A stretch of 64,000 nucleotides of DNA from a virus: positions 1 to 64,000 of IMG/VR virus record IMGVR_UViG_3300036828_000755, one strand, 5' to 3'. Positions 17,101-26,400 of this stretch are shown in pieces. Numbering within the stretch: the first letter of the stretch is position 1; the number at the start of each line of letters is the position of its first letter. Both the position numbers and the translations under genes were made by a program. The notes under the pieces were generated by a model that made no database searches, was not told where the DNA came from, and saw only the letters and a program-made list of their open reading frames with translations.

Positions 17101-20100
17101 GGCGTAGCGCCGATTCCTACGCTACCGGCGAAATAGGACGGCGCTGTTGCGCCCTGCATAATCGCCCAATTACCGGGTCCGGCAGGTGGGGCGACGATGT
17201 ACAGGCCATAGTTGGTGGTGGCGCCGGAGGCGTTGGCGTACAGTGCGACATTGAGCGTTGCGCCAGAACCAATCGCCTGCCCCAACAGGGCATAGTTACT
17301 GCCCGTGGTGGCTTGGGTCGTGGTGTTGATGCAGGAACCCGTAGTGGTCGAACCGAAGACACTGTTGCCGCTCACCGACAGCGCGCCGCCGGAATCCGGT
17401 GCGCTGATGGTGACGTTGCCCGCCGCGCTGACCTGAAGTCTGGTTGTGGCGTTAGAACCACTGGAAAGATTAACCACGCTTGCACCAGCCCAAACCGTGA
17501 CGCCGCCGTTGTAGCTGATGAGTTGCAGTGTGTCATCGCACCATACGTCTCCAAGTCCTGCCTGCTGCCAGGTCATTCCCAAGTGCCTGCCTGCCGGGCT
17601 GGTGGTGATAAAGCCATACCCATAAGAGGCGTTGCTGACCCCGACACTATTAGATGAAGTAATTGCGGCAGTTGAATTGATTCCGCCACCTGCAACCGTC
17701 ACGCTGTTGAAGGTGGCGTCACCGGCCCCGGTGATCTTTGCGCTGCCGCTGTTCGTGCCGAACGCGGGGCTAGCTCCCGTGCTGGTAGCGTTGTACCAGA
17801 CGGCGTTGAAAGTACCGTTCGCATTTAAGTAGGCGCCGGCGTTGCCGATATTCACCTGGCCGCCCGAGCGCATCAGCTTCAGGGTGCCGAAGGTGGAGCC
17901 GGTGGTGTTGGCGATCTCCATGGCGGACCGCAGCATCGCACCGTCGTAGTATCCGAAAACGTTGGTAGCCCCGGCGCTTCCGTCACCGGGCATAAAATTG
18001 ACCGAGTTACCGGCCTTACCGCTTAGTGTTACCCCGGCCAGGAATTCCCCTGTCGCGGCCTGATTGGGATTTATCAGCAGGTGTGAAGTGCCGCCGAATC
18101 CTACGTAAAAAACACTGCTGATATACCCCCCACCCGTCACGTCCAAGGCGCCCGCAGGAGCAGCCGAGCTGCCGAGCTTCAGCCAACCCTGGCTGACGTC
18201 GAAGCAAAGGTACGTGTTGCCGTTGCCGAGGTACGAATAGATGTAGGTACCCGTGTGGTACCAGCAGGCGTTGGACGAGCCACATATCAGCCCCGCGCTG
18301 GACGTGACATAGGAAAGGTTGTTGGGCTGAATCCCGACAACCAGGTTTTGTCCGGATGAACTGACGAACTGCGCGGCGGCCCAATTCGTGGTGTTGGACT
18401 GTGTCACCGAGATTTGGAAATTAGGCTGCGAAACGTCTACAAAAGCAGTGGCATTTCCGGCAAGAGACGTATAGAAGGCCCCGCTTGACTTGATCGAGGA
18501 CTTCGTCGTCCCGGAAAACTGAAAGTTGATCTGGTTCAGTCCACTGCTGCTGTCTCCGCCAATGTTCAGCGTGGTGAGGAGTGTCGCCGGGGTACCGTTT
18601 GTTGTGCACAGGAGTGAGGCAACAGCGCCCGACGTGTACAAAAAAAGATGCGCACTGTTGGTCCAGTCTGGCCCGTTGCAGGCACGGACGCCGGCATAGT
18701 ACCCGGCACCTCCCGGAGTCACAAACAGGTTGCTGGCGGTATTGGCAGTATTGGTGATGTTCACATATCCAACAAATGTCGCGCCACCCGCCGTGACCGT
18801 GCCTACGTTGCTGAGGTTGTGACCGGCTGCATCGATGTTCTGCGTCCACGGAGTCTGGCCGCCGGACGCCTGTATCGCCACGCCATTGATGCGGAAAACG
18901 CCGCTGACGTTCGCGTCGCCGTTCACGTCGAGGGCGTAGGCCGGGGAGGTTTTGCCGATCCCTACGAAGCCTGTCCAGTCCGCTTCGATGGCCAGCGTGG
19001 TAACACCCGCACCGGTAGAAACGAAAACATCAAATCTTCGCCCTTGGTTCCCATCTCGGGTCCAGCGCAGAAAACCATAACCAAAACCAGCCCCACCCAT
19101 CGAGACGTCAGCGAAGTTGATGTAGTTGTTCGTGCTTCCGGAAGCAGACAAAAGCAGTAGCGAAGGATTCACCGCGCTGCTGAACAGGCTGGCCTGCCCG
19201 CTCACGGTCAGCGGAACGCCGGAATCGGGAGCGTTGATGGTCACGTTGCCTGCGGCACTGATGACCAGGCGGCTGGCTGCGCCTGTCCCTGATGCAACGG
19301 ATAGTCCGGCAGGACAGCTCAGGACCCCCGAACTCCCCGAAGTCTGGTATAGCTGCATGGTCGCGGTTGATGTCGCCAGGTACAGGCCTGCGTACGATGT
19401 GCCATCCGGCTGATTCACGATCAGTCCCCAACTTTGACCAGCCACCAAATTGGCGTACATTGCTGTGTTGGTGTTGATGGTGCCGACGACGTTGAGAGCA
19501 TTGCCGGAATCCGGCGCATTGATGGTTACTGTACCCGCAGAATTGATCGTCAACCGCTGCTTGCCGTTCGTCGTAACCAGGGCAATAAAATTGCCGTTGA
19601 TATCTGCTTCACCGTTCGCGGGATCAAGGCGAAGATAGGGACTGTAAGCGCCCTTGGTCTGGACGATAATCTGGTCGTAGTTGTTGAGGCCGATGTAGGC
19701 ATCTCCTGCTGTCCCGGTCCCTCCGGGAATCGTGAAGTGGACGCCGGCAATATCGCTGTACGAGTTGCTGCTCTGGTTCACCGTGAACCCATAACTGGTT
19801 CCCGCTCCAATAGAAGTCGTGACGCTGCTGGCCCCTGTCAGGCTGAATCCGGCTGCATTAATGTTCTGCAGCCACGGAGTCTGCGCCGTGCTGCCGGTGG
19901 TGCCAATTGGAGTGCCGTTCACCCGGAACGTGCCGGTAACGTTCACATCGCCGGAGACATCCACCGAGTAGGCGGGCGCGGTTTTACCTATCCCTAACTG
20001 AGCACTGGTCGTCAGCACCATCTGCGGAACGCCCACGTTGGGGTCGATGGCCGCCCCAAACGTAAGCTGGCTGGCGGCGACACCGATACCGTAAGCAGCA

Positions 20101-23100
20101 CCACTGCCCGACCAGGTGGCTATTTTAACTGGAGCCGCGTTGGTCCCGCACGCGATCACAGGACTGATTGTGCTGGTGGCTGAAATCTGTCCCGCTACAG
20201 TCAAAGCCACGCCTGAATCCGGGGCATTGATCGTGACCTGCCCTGCCGGGCCAATGACCATCCGGTTAAGGCCGCTGCCACCAGTTGCAAGGTTTATAGC
20301 AAAAGCACTCTCAGTTCGGAGGTAGAGGGGACCGGCAAGGCTCTGCACGTAGCCGCCACCTGCGCCTGCCATGTTGAGCACGCTGTACGTGTAACCGTCT
20401 TGCTGGTTGATCTGCACAGAGCCAGTGGCATCGACCACCAGTCTGCTGCTGTTGTTTGTGATGAGGCACATCGGGTGAGCCGACTGCGCTCCCACATAAA
20501 CGGGTCCGGCGTCGATGGCCTGAAGTTTGGCGTACACATCGTTCTTGCTCTTGATCAGGATCATCGGGTTTGGCGACGCGCTGGAGGCTGCGATGTTGGC
20601 GCCGGCTGCGCCCGCCTGTAACTGATCCGCGTCGCCTACCCGCAGTACTCCTTTCAAATACGTGTCGCCAGCCGCCGTCAAACCGTAGCCGGAATCCGGG
20701 GGATTGATGTTGACGTTGCCGGCAGAGTTGATATACAGGCGCAAAAGGCTGTTGGTCTTCAGGTTTACGCCACCAGCGCCCACAGCGGTTAACGCGACAC
20801 TGGCTGCATCTGTCGTCATCGACCCACCGCCAGTGGTCCCCACAAGAGGACTATTGACGCTGTGGAACGTGGCATCACCCGCGCCGGTGATGGTGGCGGC
20901 GTTCGAGGGCGTATTAAAGCAGAGGTTCCCACCGGGATTGGTAGCGACGAAGTTGGCGCCTGTTATGGTGCCGTTAGACGCGGCTATTGCCGTGCCTACG
21001 ATGGTCCCGTCACTGAGGACGTGGAAGTTGTTGTTCGAGTTCTGGAACGTGTTGTGGACCGCGCCGGTGGCGTCTCCTATGAAAGCGCCGTTGCCGGTGA
21101 TGCTGACCCCGTACCCTGCGAGGCCGGCCACCGTCAGCGCAGTGCCGGAATCCGGGGCGTTGATCTGCACGTTACCTGCGGAATTGACGATTACACGATT
21201 GGCGCTGCTGGCCCCGGTCTGGACATAAACACTGCCAGCGGCTGCCGGAATCAGTACGACGTTGTTGATGTCGACGTTGACAGCTGCTCCCCCGGAAGCA
21301 AAAAGGGTGACCGGTGTCCCGTAGCTGCCTATGGAGCAAACCCCGCTTGTGCCAGGATTGATGGACATCTCGAATCCCTGCCCTGTCGAATTGATCAAGT
21401 ACAACCCGGCACGGTTGGATGCGCTCGTCTGCTGGATCTGAAGCTGGTAGTACTGGGTTGTAGGATCGTAAGTTAAGACTCCGGGTCCGGCCGTCGTTAT
21501 GGCACCAGTCGAACTAATCGACGCCTTGGTCACTTGCTGAAACACGAAGTTGACAGCGGTCAGGGCCGGGTGATCCCAACTGCCAATAACCAGGGTAGTG
21601 GCTGGATTCGTTGGCACACCAGTTCTTCGCGCCAGCAGGCCCAAAGGACTCGTATAGCCAGAAATGGAAACATAGTCACTGTTGGCGGGGTCAGAATCGA
21701 CAAAGAACATCATGCCCGATCCTCCGCCACCGGAAGACTTGTAAAGGCGCAGAATGGCGTCGTTGGCGTCCGTTCTCTGGAAGTCAAAGTAGGCGCCCGC
21801 AGTACCAAACACCCGAAAATTATCGACCGTCACAGCGTGGGCAGCCCCTGCGCCCGGAATTATGACGCTGCCCAAGTTGTTCAGGCTGTAGGTATTCGCG
21901 TCGATGTTCTGCAACCACGGTGTCTGGTTCCCGGCAGCAGCCCCGGACCCAACTATCTGCCAGGCGCTACCGCCGAGCGAGTACATCAGGTGGTTCAGCG
22001 CCTTATCGTAGTAGATCGAGGCATTCCCAGACGTGGGCAAGGGACCAGCCGAGTCATGTCCCCCGAGGTGGAACGCGCCCGAGCAGTTCACGTCGCCGTT
22101 CACGTCCAAGGTGTAGGCTGGCGTGGTGATGCCAACGCCTAGGAGTCCGCCGGACGTGAGGACCATCTGCGGGGTGCCCGAATTCGGATCGATCTGGGCC
22201 CCGAAAGTAAGTTGGCTAGGCATGACGCCCACGCCATAGGCGTTGGCTCCGCCGGCATTGTAGGTGGCAATCCTTATGGGTGCCAGGGCAGTTGCACAGG
22301 AGATGGCGGGGTTGGCCGAGTTCGGTATGCTGATGTTGCTGATCGTGGCGTTGCCGCTAACAGTCAAGGTGTTGCCGGAGTCCGGCGCACCGATGTTGAC
22401 GTTCCCTGCGGAAGTAACGACAAGGCGGGTAGTTAGCGAACTTCCGGTTTGTAGGTAGATTCCCCCCAATGGGGCTTTAGCGACCACGTTCGTGCCGGAG
22501 TAGATGTCGAGCTCGGTCGAGGACTGCACCAGGGGCGTCGTTACACTGTGGAAGATAGCGTCGCCTGCGCCAGTGATGGTGGCGGAGTTGGACGGGGTCG
22601 AGAAGCAAATGGCTGAGCCGGTGTTCGTGGCAGCGTAGTTACTGCTAGTCACGCCAGCGGTCGCGTTCAACGGGCCCTCAACCTTTACGGTTGTCCAGAA
22701 ATCCGCCGTGCCCTGGAACTGGGTGTTGCCGGTGGCCGTGTCCACCTGGAGAAAATTCTTCCACGCGGTGACCTGCGCAGCAGGCGTGCCTGCAGCAGCT
22801 ACGTAGAAGGCCACCGACCCGGGGGAATCGCTGAAGCTGCTGATCCTAAACGCATCGGCGTTGATGCGGTACGCCCAATAGCCGGAAGCAACGTTCCAGT
22901 CAGCGTTCATGGTGATGCCGCCCGCCGGACTACCGGCCACGGTCCCAACGCCCGCCGCTACCCGGCCAGACCTCACGCTGTTGAACACGGCATCCCCGGC
23001 ACCCGTGATGGCTGCAGCGTTAAGTGGCGTGGAAAAGGCGATGCCGGAACCACCGACGCCGGAACTGATCGATCCATCGACAGTTAACGATACCCCGCCA

Positions 23101-23477
23101 GAATCTGGGGCAAGCACCTCCACCATTCCCGTAGAATTCACGATGACTCGACTCTTCTTGTTGGTGTCCAGGGTGATGGATCCGTTTGGGTCGTCCGCGG
23201 CCAGCAACATGCCCTGGCCCATCCAAAGCGAGCTGGAGGCACTGCCAGCGATGCTGTTGAGGTTGTTCAGGTTGTACGCGGCAGCATCGATGTCCTGCAT
23301 CCACGGGGTCTGGCCAACCGACGATGCCGACCCACCATCGACGGCCGTACCAGTGGAGTCGTAGACCAGGACGTGCCCCGACGTGAAGGATCCGGCAGCC
23401 ATCTGGAACTTGATGCCGTTTCCTAGCCTGTCGCCGGTGATTACCTGGTCGAAGTTTACCGTGCCCCTGTTTGCCAT
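14142..23477 (-). CDS. Giant modular tail fibre (3111 aa) with Gly-rich C-terminal domain
   Basis: G/S/T/A/N-rich with repeated GNVGIGT-type, LDVxGD, QTPW and APDSG motifs; C-terminus QQVFNGSGTFTP...GGSGICIVTW. Confidence 0.88.
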   Translation of the reverse strand: MANRGTVNFDQVITGDRLGNGIKFQMAAGSFTSGHVLVYDSTGTAVDGGSASSVGQTPWMQDIDAAAYNLNNLNSIAGSASSSLWMGQGMLLAADDPNGSITLDTNKKSRVIVNSTGMVEVLAPDSGGVSLTVDGSISSGVGGSGIAFSTPLNAAAITGAGDAVFNSVRSGRVAAGVGTVAGSPAGGITMNADWNVASGYWAYRINADAFRISSFSDSPGSVAFYVAAAGTPAAQVTAWKNFLQVDTATGNTQFQGTADFWTTVKVEGPLNATAGVTSSNYAATNTGSAICFSTPSNSATITGAGDAIFHSVTTPLVQSSTELDIYSGTNVVAKAPLGGIYLQTGSSLTTRLVVTSAGNVNIGAPDSGNTLTVSGNATISNISIPNSANPAISCATALAPIRIATYNAGGANAYGVGVMPSQLTFGAQIDPNSGTPQMVLTSGGLLGVGITTPAYTLDVNGDVNCSGAFHLGGHDSAGPLPTSGNASIYYDKALNHLMYSLGGSAWQIVGSGAAAGNQTPWLQNIDANTYSLNNLGSVIIPGAGAAHAVTVDNFRVFGTAGAYFDFQRTDANDAILRLYKSSGGGGSGMMFFVDSDPANSDYVSISGYTSPLGLLARRTGVPTNPATTLVIGSWDHPALTAVNFVFQQVTKASISSTGAITTAGPGVLTYDPTTQYYQLQIQQTSASNRAGLYLINSTGQGFEMSINPGTSGVCSIGSYGTPVTLFASGGAAVNVDINNVVLIPAAAGSVYVQTGASSANRVIVNSAGNVQINAPDSGTALTVAGLAGYGVSITGNGAFIGDATGAVHNTFQNSNNNFHVLSDGTIVGTAIAASNGTITGANFVATNPGGNLCFNTPSNAATITGAGDATFHSVNSPLVGTTGGGSMTTDAASVALTAVGAGGVNLKTNSLLRLYINSAGNVNINPPDSGYGLTAAGDTYLKGVLRVGDADQLQAGAAGANIAASSASPNPMILIKSKNDVYAKLQAIDAGPVYVGAQSAHPMCLITNNSSRLVVDATGSVQINQQDGYTYSVLNMAGAGGGYVQSLAGPLYLRTESAFAINLATGGSGLNRMVIGPAGQVTINAPDSGVALTVAGQISATSTISPVIACGTNAAPVKIATWSGSGAAYGIGVAASQLTFGAAIDPNVGVPQMVLTTSAQLGIGKTAPAYSVDVSGDVNVTGTFRVNGTPIGTTGSTAQTPWLQNINAAGFSLTGASSVTTSIGAGTSYGFTVNQSSNSYSDIAGVHFTIPGGTGTAGDAYIGLNNYDQIIVQTKGAYSPYLRLDPANGEADINGNFIALVTTNGKQRLTINSAGTVTINAPDSGNALNVVGTINTNTAMYANLVAGQSWGLIVNQPDGTSYAGLYLATSTATMQLYQTSGSSGVLSCPAGLSVASGTGAASRLVISAAGNVTINAPDSGVPLTVSGQASLFSSAVNPSLLLLSASGSTNNYINFADVSMGGAGFGYGFLRWTRDGNQGRRFDVFVSTGAGVTTLAIEADWTGFVGIGKTSPAYALDVNGDANVSGVFRINGVAIQASGGQTPWTQNIDAAGHNLSNVGTVTAGGATFVGYVNITNTANTASNLFVTPGGAGYYAGVRACNGPDWTNSAHLFLYTSGAVASLLCTTNGTPATLLTTLNIGGDSSSGLNQINFQFSGTTKSSIKSSGAFYTSLAGNATAFVDVSQPNFQISVTQSNTTNWAAAQFVSSSGQNLVVGIQPNNLSYVTSSAGLICGSSNACWYHTGTYIYSYLGNGNTYLCFDVSQGWLKLGSSAAPAGALDVTGGGYISSVFYVGFGGTSHLLINPNQAATGEFLAGVTLSGKAGNSVNFMPGDGSAGATNVFGYYDGAMLRSAMEIANTTGSTFGTLKLMRSGGQVNIGNAGAYLNANGTFNAVWYNATSTGASPAFGTNSGSAKITGAGDATFNSVTVAGGGINSTAAITSSNSVGVSNASYGYGFITTSPAGRHLGMTWQQAGLGDVWCDDTLQLISYNGGVTVWAGASVVNLSSGSNATTRLQVSAAGNVTISAPDSGGALSVSGNSVFGSTTTGSCINTTTQATTGSNYALLGQAIGSGATLNVALYANASGATTNYGLYIVAPPAGPGNWAIMQGATAPSYFAGSVGIGATPTCALTVSGQISATSATSPVIGCGTNLAPVKVATYLTGATAYGIGVNNNQLTFGAGIDPNTGTPQMVLSSNGYVGIGSAPTYPLVVSAGADRMLNFRGDAASFGYTAAGIILESVNSAQSGYTPMTFATSGLYLMGGSVGIGTQTPGYALDVVGTVHGSTGVYAGNPAGQVGSLYMATGGASPISNRLVFGTDNSGWRLAISKQNVSTVTDLLTVVDSGNVGIGTTSPAYKLDVAGDVNCTGAFRINGVPVTGSQTPWAQDIDAATHNLNNLGTLNFANTNTPIVLTNTSPITAQGSLKMQATGASATQTILKVLAGLQSDSFTGGYGAVQIFNQPDPANNSYLNLDARGSAVELLATQVGAPALTITNMAIGSAPSVTTLAAINFQFAGTIKAVITSAGNVGIGITAPLQPLHVLSSTADSILAIDVPNQTSYNPILAFRVQAQTVWNIGVDTGDAFKLKISNGGNWDNIRAGTLAVTITSAGLVGIGTALPGGSPPSVSMTTGLVVKSAGGTAFVVQGSGGNSLALNPAPGGSWTMYDYGAGSWTASITSSSGMVGIGTATPGSALDVIGNIHLTGALNTVAKGNLLGTASGGMTAPAVTDANIQLYNFSSVNWSGIGTDGSGNMWLKVGTAGTPAPAVVLQASNGFVGIGTITPGDALDVVGTGRFSGEVVGLMTSGGFGQFRMFSSSISSFWRNDGSSTYLLLTASGDPYGSWNSLRPITFNNGNGYVAINGAATTYPLNVAGDVNITGAYRVNGTPLAAGGAPKNPQQVFNGSGTFTPSAALLAAGGWVTVLLVGGGGGGANSGGGGGGGAVMLRTVQVTAAVAVTVGGGGGAQAGGGTSSFGGLLSAAGGAGSAGASGGASGGPLGSGGGYSYFGYGGGGGAGGAGEMGVMFYMSASSSFYQGGNGGPGLYGYGGGGGGGSIPGSQGGGPGSGSNGGAPGNGGGGIPAPAAANSGGGGGGSYQYQGGVGGSGICIVTWFE

Positions 23478-23478
23478 G

Positions 23479-26400
23479 TCATTCGCTCCACGTCACGATC
23501 ACTATGCCGGAACCACCATTGCCACCGTAACCCGAGACACCAAGACCTCCACCGCCACCTCCCGAGTTTGCTACCGCATTTATCGTAGTTTGGGCGCTTC
23601 CGCCACCGGGACCGCCCAGACTGTGGTAGCTGTAGGTATTTCCCGACGTGCCACCAAAGCCGCCACCACCACCATACCCATCAATGCCCGGACCACCGCA
23701 TCCCCCAGCTACATTCCCTCCTGGGGCGACCGTGGCTGGTCCGGCCGGGCCGCCTGCTCCCGCGCCACCGCTGTAGTTGGCACCCGGAGTCACGAACGGG
23801 CTATTTCCGCTGTTTCCCCCAAGACCTGTTTGAACATTCACACCGCCGGCCCCGGGACCGCCGCCCGTCACCGACAAACTGCCGAATGAGGTCGTACCTC
23901 CCGCAGCACCAGCCGCATAATATCCGCCAGCTCCACCACCGCCAACAGTAACAGCTGTGGCCCCATTAACCGTGGTCCAGCGTTTCAGCACACCACCACC
24001 ACCCCCACCACCTCCGTAAACTCCGCCATTAACCGCGTTGGGGGCGCCACCACCACCGCCACCACCCACCATGAAAACGAAGACGGTCCCGCCGGCCGCG
24101 AGCAGCGCCGCAGAAGGGGTAAACGTGCCAGAAGCCGTAAACACCTGTTGAAAAGTTTTCCCAGCACCGCCACCGGTAACTATCGGTGTACCGTTCACGC
24201 GGTAAGCACCAGTCACGTTCACGTCGCCCGTTACATCTACGGCATAGGCCGGTTGCTTGGAGCCGCCAATTCCACAAAGACCTCCGGCAGGCTGAAGCAA
24301 AAGCAGCCCACCCGACGGACCACCAGCAGTTGCCTGGATAACGCCACTCCAGTTCGGGACCGCTGCAAAGCCTAGCTGTAAACGATAAGCGACGTTGTTG
24401 CTCTGTTCCCCGATCGCGAACTGGTTTGCTGTTGCCAGTGTGGTTTGATTTGGGGCGATGATCGAGACCACCTCGTTTGGGGCAGTTGTCCCAAAGCCCG
24501 CATTACCATTAGTGAGAAATGTCAGCCAGTTTGGGGTAAATGCTCCCGTGGTACCTGCCCCAATGCCGAAGCTGCTCGATGATTGCCCGTGCCCAATACC
24601 AGCGACCGTGGTTCCGGCCCGAATAAAAGCAAGGTGCGAACCAACGTGCCCCGTCGTCTCGCGCGTGATGTTCACCGCCGCGTATGCGCCGCCGTCTATG
24701 TTTCCGTTGGCCCCGACGTTCAACGCCGGTATGCCGGAGCCGGTCAATACGCGAGCATTGCCAGCCACATCCAGGGATGCCGAAGGACTAACACCATTTA
24801 TTCCAACTGCACCCGGAACAAGAATCATGGTAGCGGTCAGGGGCGCGATCGCTCCCGCCGAGCCGCCCGGGCAGGTATACAAATTGATGACGTTGTTACT
24901 GGCCCCGGTTGACGCCCAAAACATCATCGCTGGACCGGCCGCGCGATAAACCCAATTGGACCCGTTGTAGTAGAGGTTGATCCCGAGCGAATTCTGCAGA
25001 CCACACTCGAAGCCAGCGGTTCCGTAGGCGGCGTTGAACGAGCGGACGTAGCCGGTCGCGTGGACGTCGCCTGTCACATCAAGTGGGTACCCTGGCGCAG
25101 CATTACCGATGCCAACGTTGCCTACACTGGTAATCACGGCCCTGGTCATTGCATTGAACGTGAAATCGATCTCCGCCAACGCACTACCAGAACCACCGAT
25201 CTGAAATTTCGTGATCGGGGCAGCAGGAGTACCGTAGGAGTTCGTCAGCAAGGAAGCAATGCCGCTGTTGCTGGACTGGATCACCATCACGCCGGCATTG
25301 GTCGCGTCCGTCGAGTTCCCGAGGGTAATGTTGGAGTATCCAGTGCTAACCGTATCACCACTATACAGATAAAAGGAAGTATAGCTGGCGCCATGTCCCA
25401 TGACATACAAGGTGGGATAGGTGGCCGACGCCTGCCACATCCTGGTCCCGGCAGATGCGCTGCTGCCTTGCTGCACAGTAATCGACGGGACATTGTTCAA
25501 GTTAAAGTTGTTCGCGTTGATGTTCGAGGTCCAGGGGGTTTGGGGTGCGCCGCCGGTGCCGATGGCCGTCCCGTTGACCCTGAAGGTGCCGGTGATGTTG
25601 CAGTCCCCGGCGACGTCGAGCGCGTATGCAGGCGTGCTGGTCCTGATGCCGACTCCCGTGGCCGTGATGTACGCCCCCAGGACCGCGCCGCTGCCGTCCC
25701 CGCTGAGGAGCCCGAGCTGCAGCGCGCCGTACCCCGCTGCCGTGCCACCGCTCCCAAAGATCCTGCTTACCGGGGTAGCGCCCCCTGTGTAGCAGTCCAC
25801 GTAGAGGGTGTTGACGAACGACGTGGTGTACGCGCCAACCTTGATGTTGCCGAACAAAGCCGCCCCCGCACCGGTGATGGCGGCCGTGTTCGAGGGAGTC
25901 GAGAAGGCGAGCACGGAGCCGGTCGCCTTGCTGTAGAATGCCCCGTTCGACAGCACCGACGCCTGAGCCACGCCGGCAAATATGAAGTCGATCCCCGTGA
26001 TCTTTCCCTGGTTAGTTTCGCCAATCTCCATCCTGCTAATCGGGTTGGTGGGCGTGCCTGAGTGGATCACGTAGAGGCCCGCGTCCGAACCACCCTCGCT
26101 GCCGGCAAACATGGCGAGGCTCGAGCAGTTGTTCGGGTCCACTCCGTTGTAGGCGAATATCTGCGCCCCATATCCGTTGGACGACGGGAACACCGACGCG
26201 TTGCCCCAGTTGTTTGCCGCGGCAGGCTTGATCGTCAGGCTGCCACCACTGAGGGCCCCACCAGTCGAAAGCGACGTGGCCACGATGCTCCCATTGTTGA
26301 GGACGCGGAAGGCGTTGTCCGAGTTCTGGAAAGTGTTGTGAGTTGCCCCTGTTGAATCCCCGATGAATGCCCCGTTGCCAGTGACGCTGACGCCGTAGCC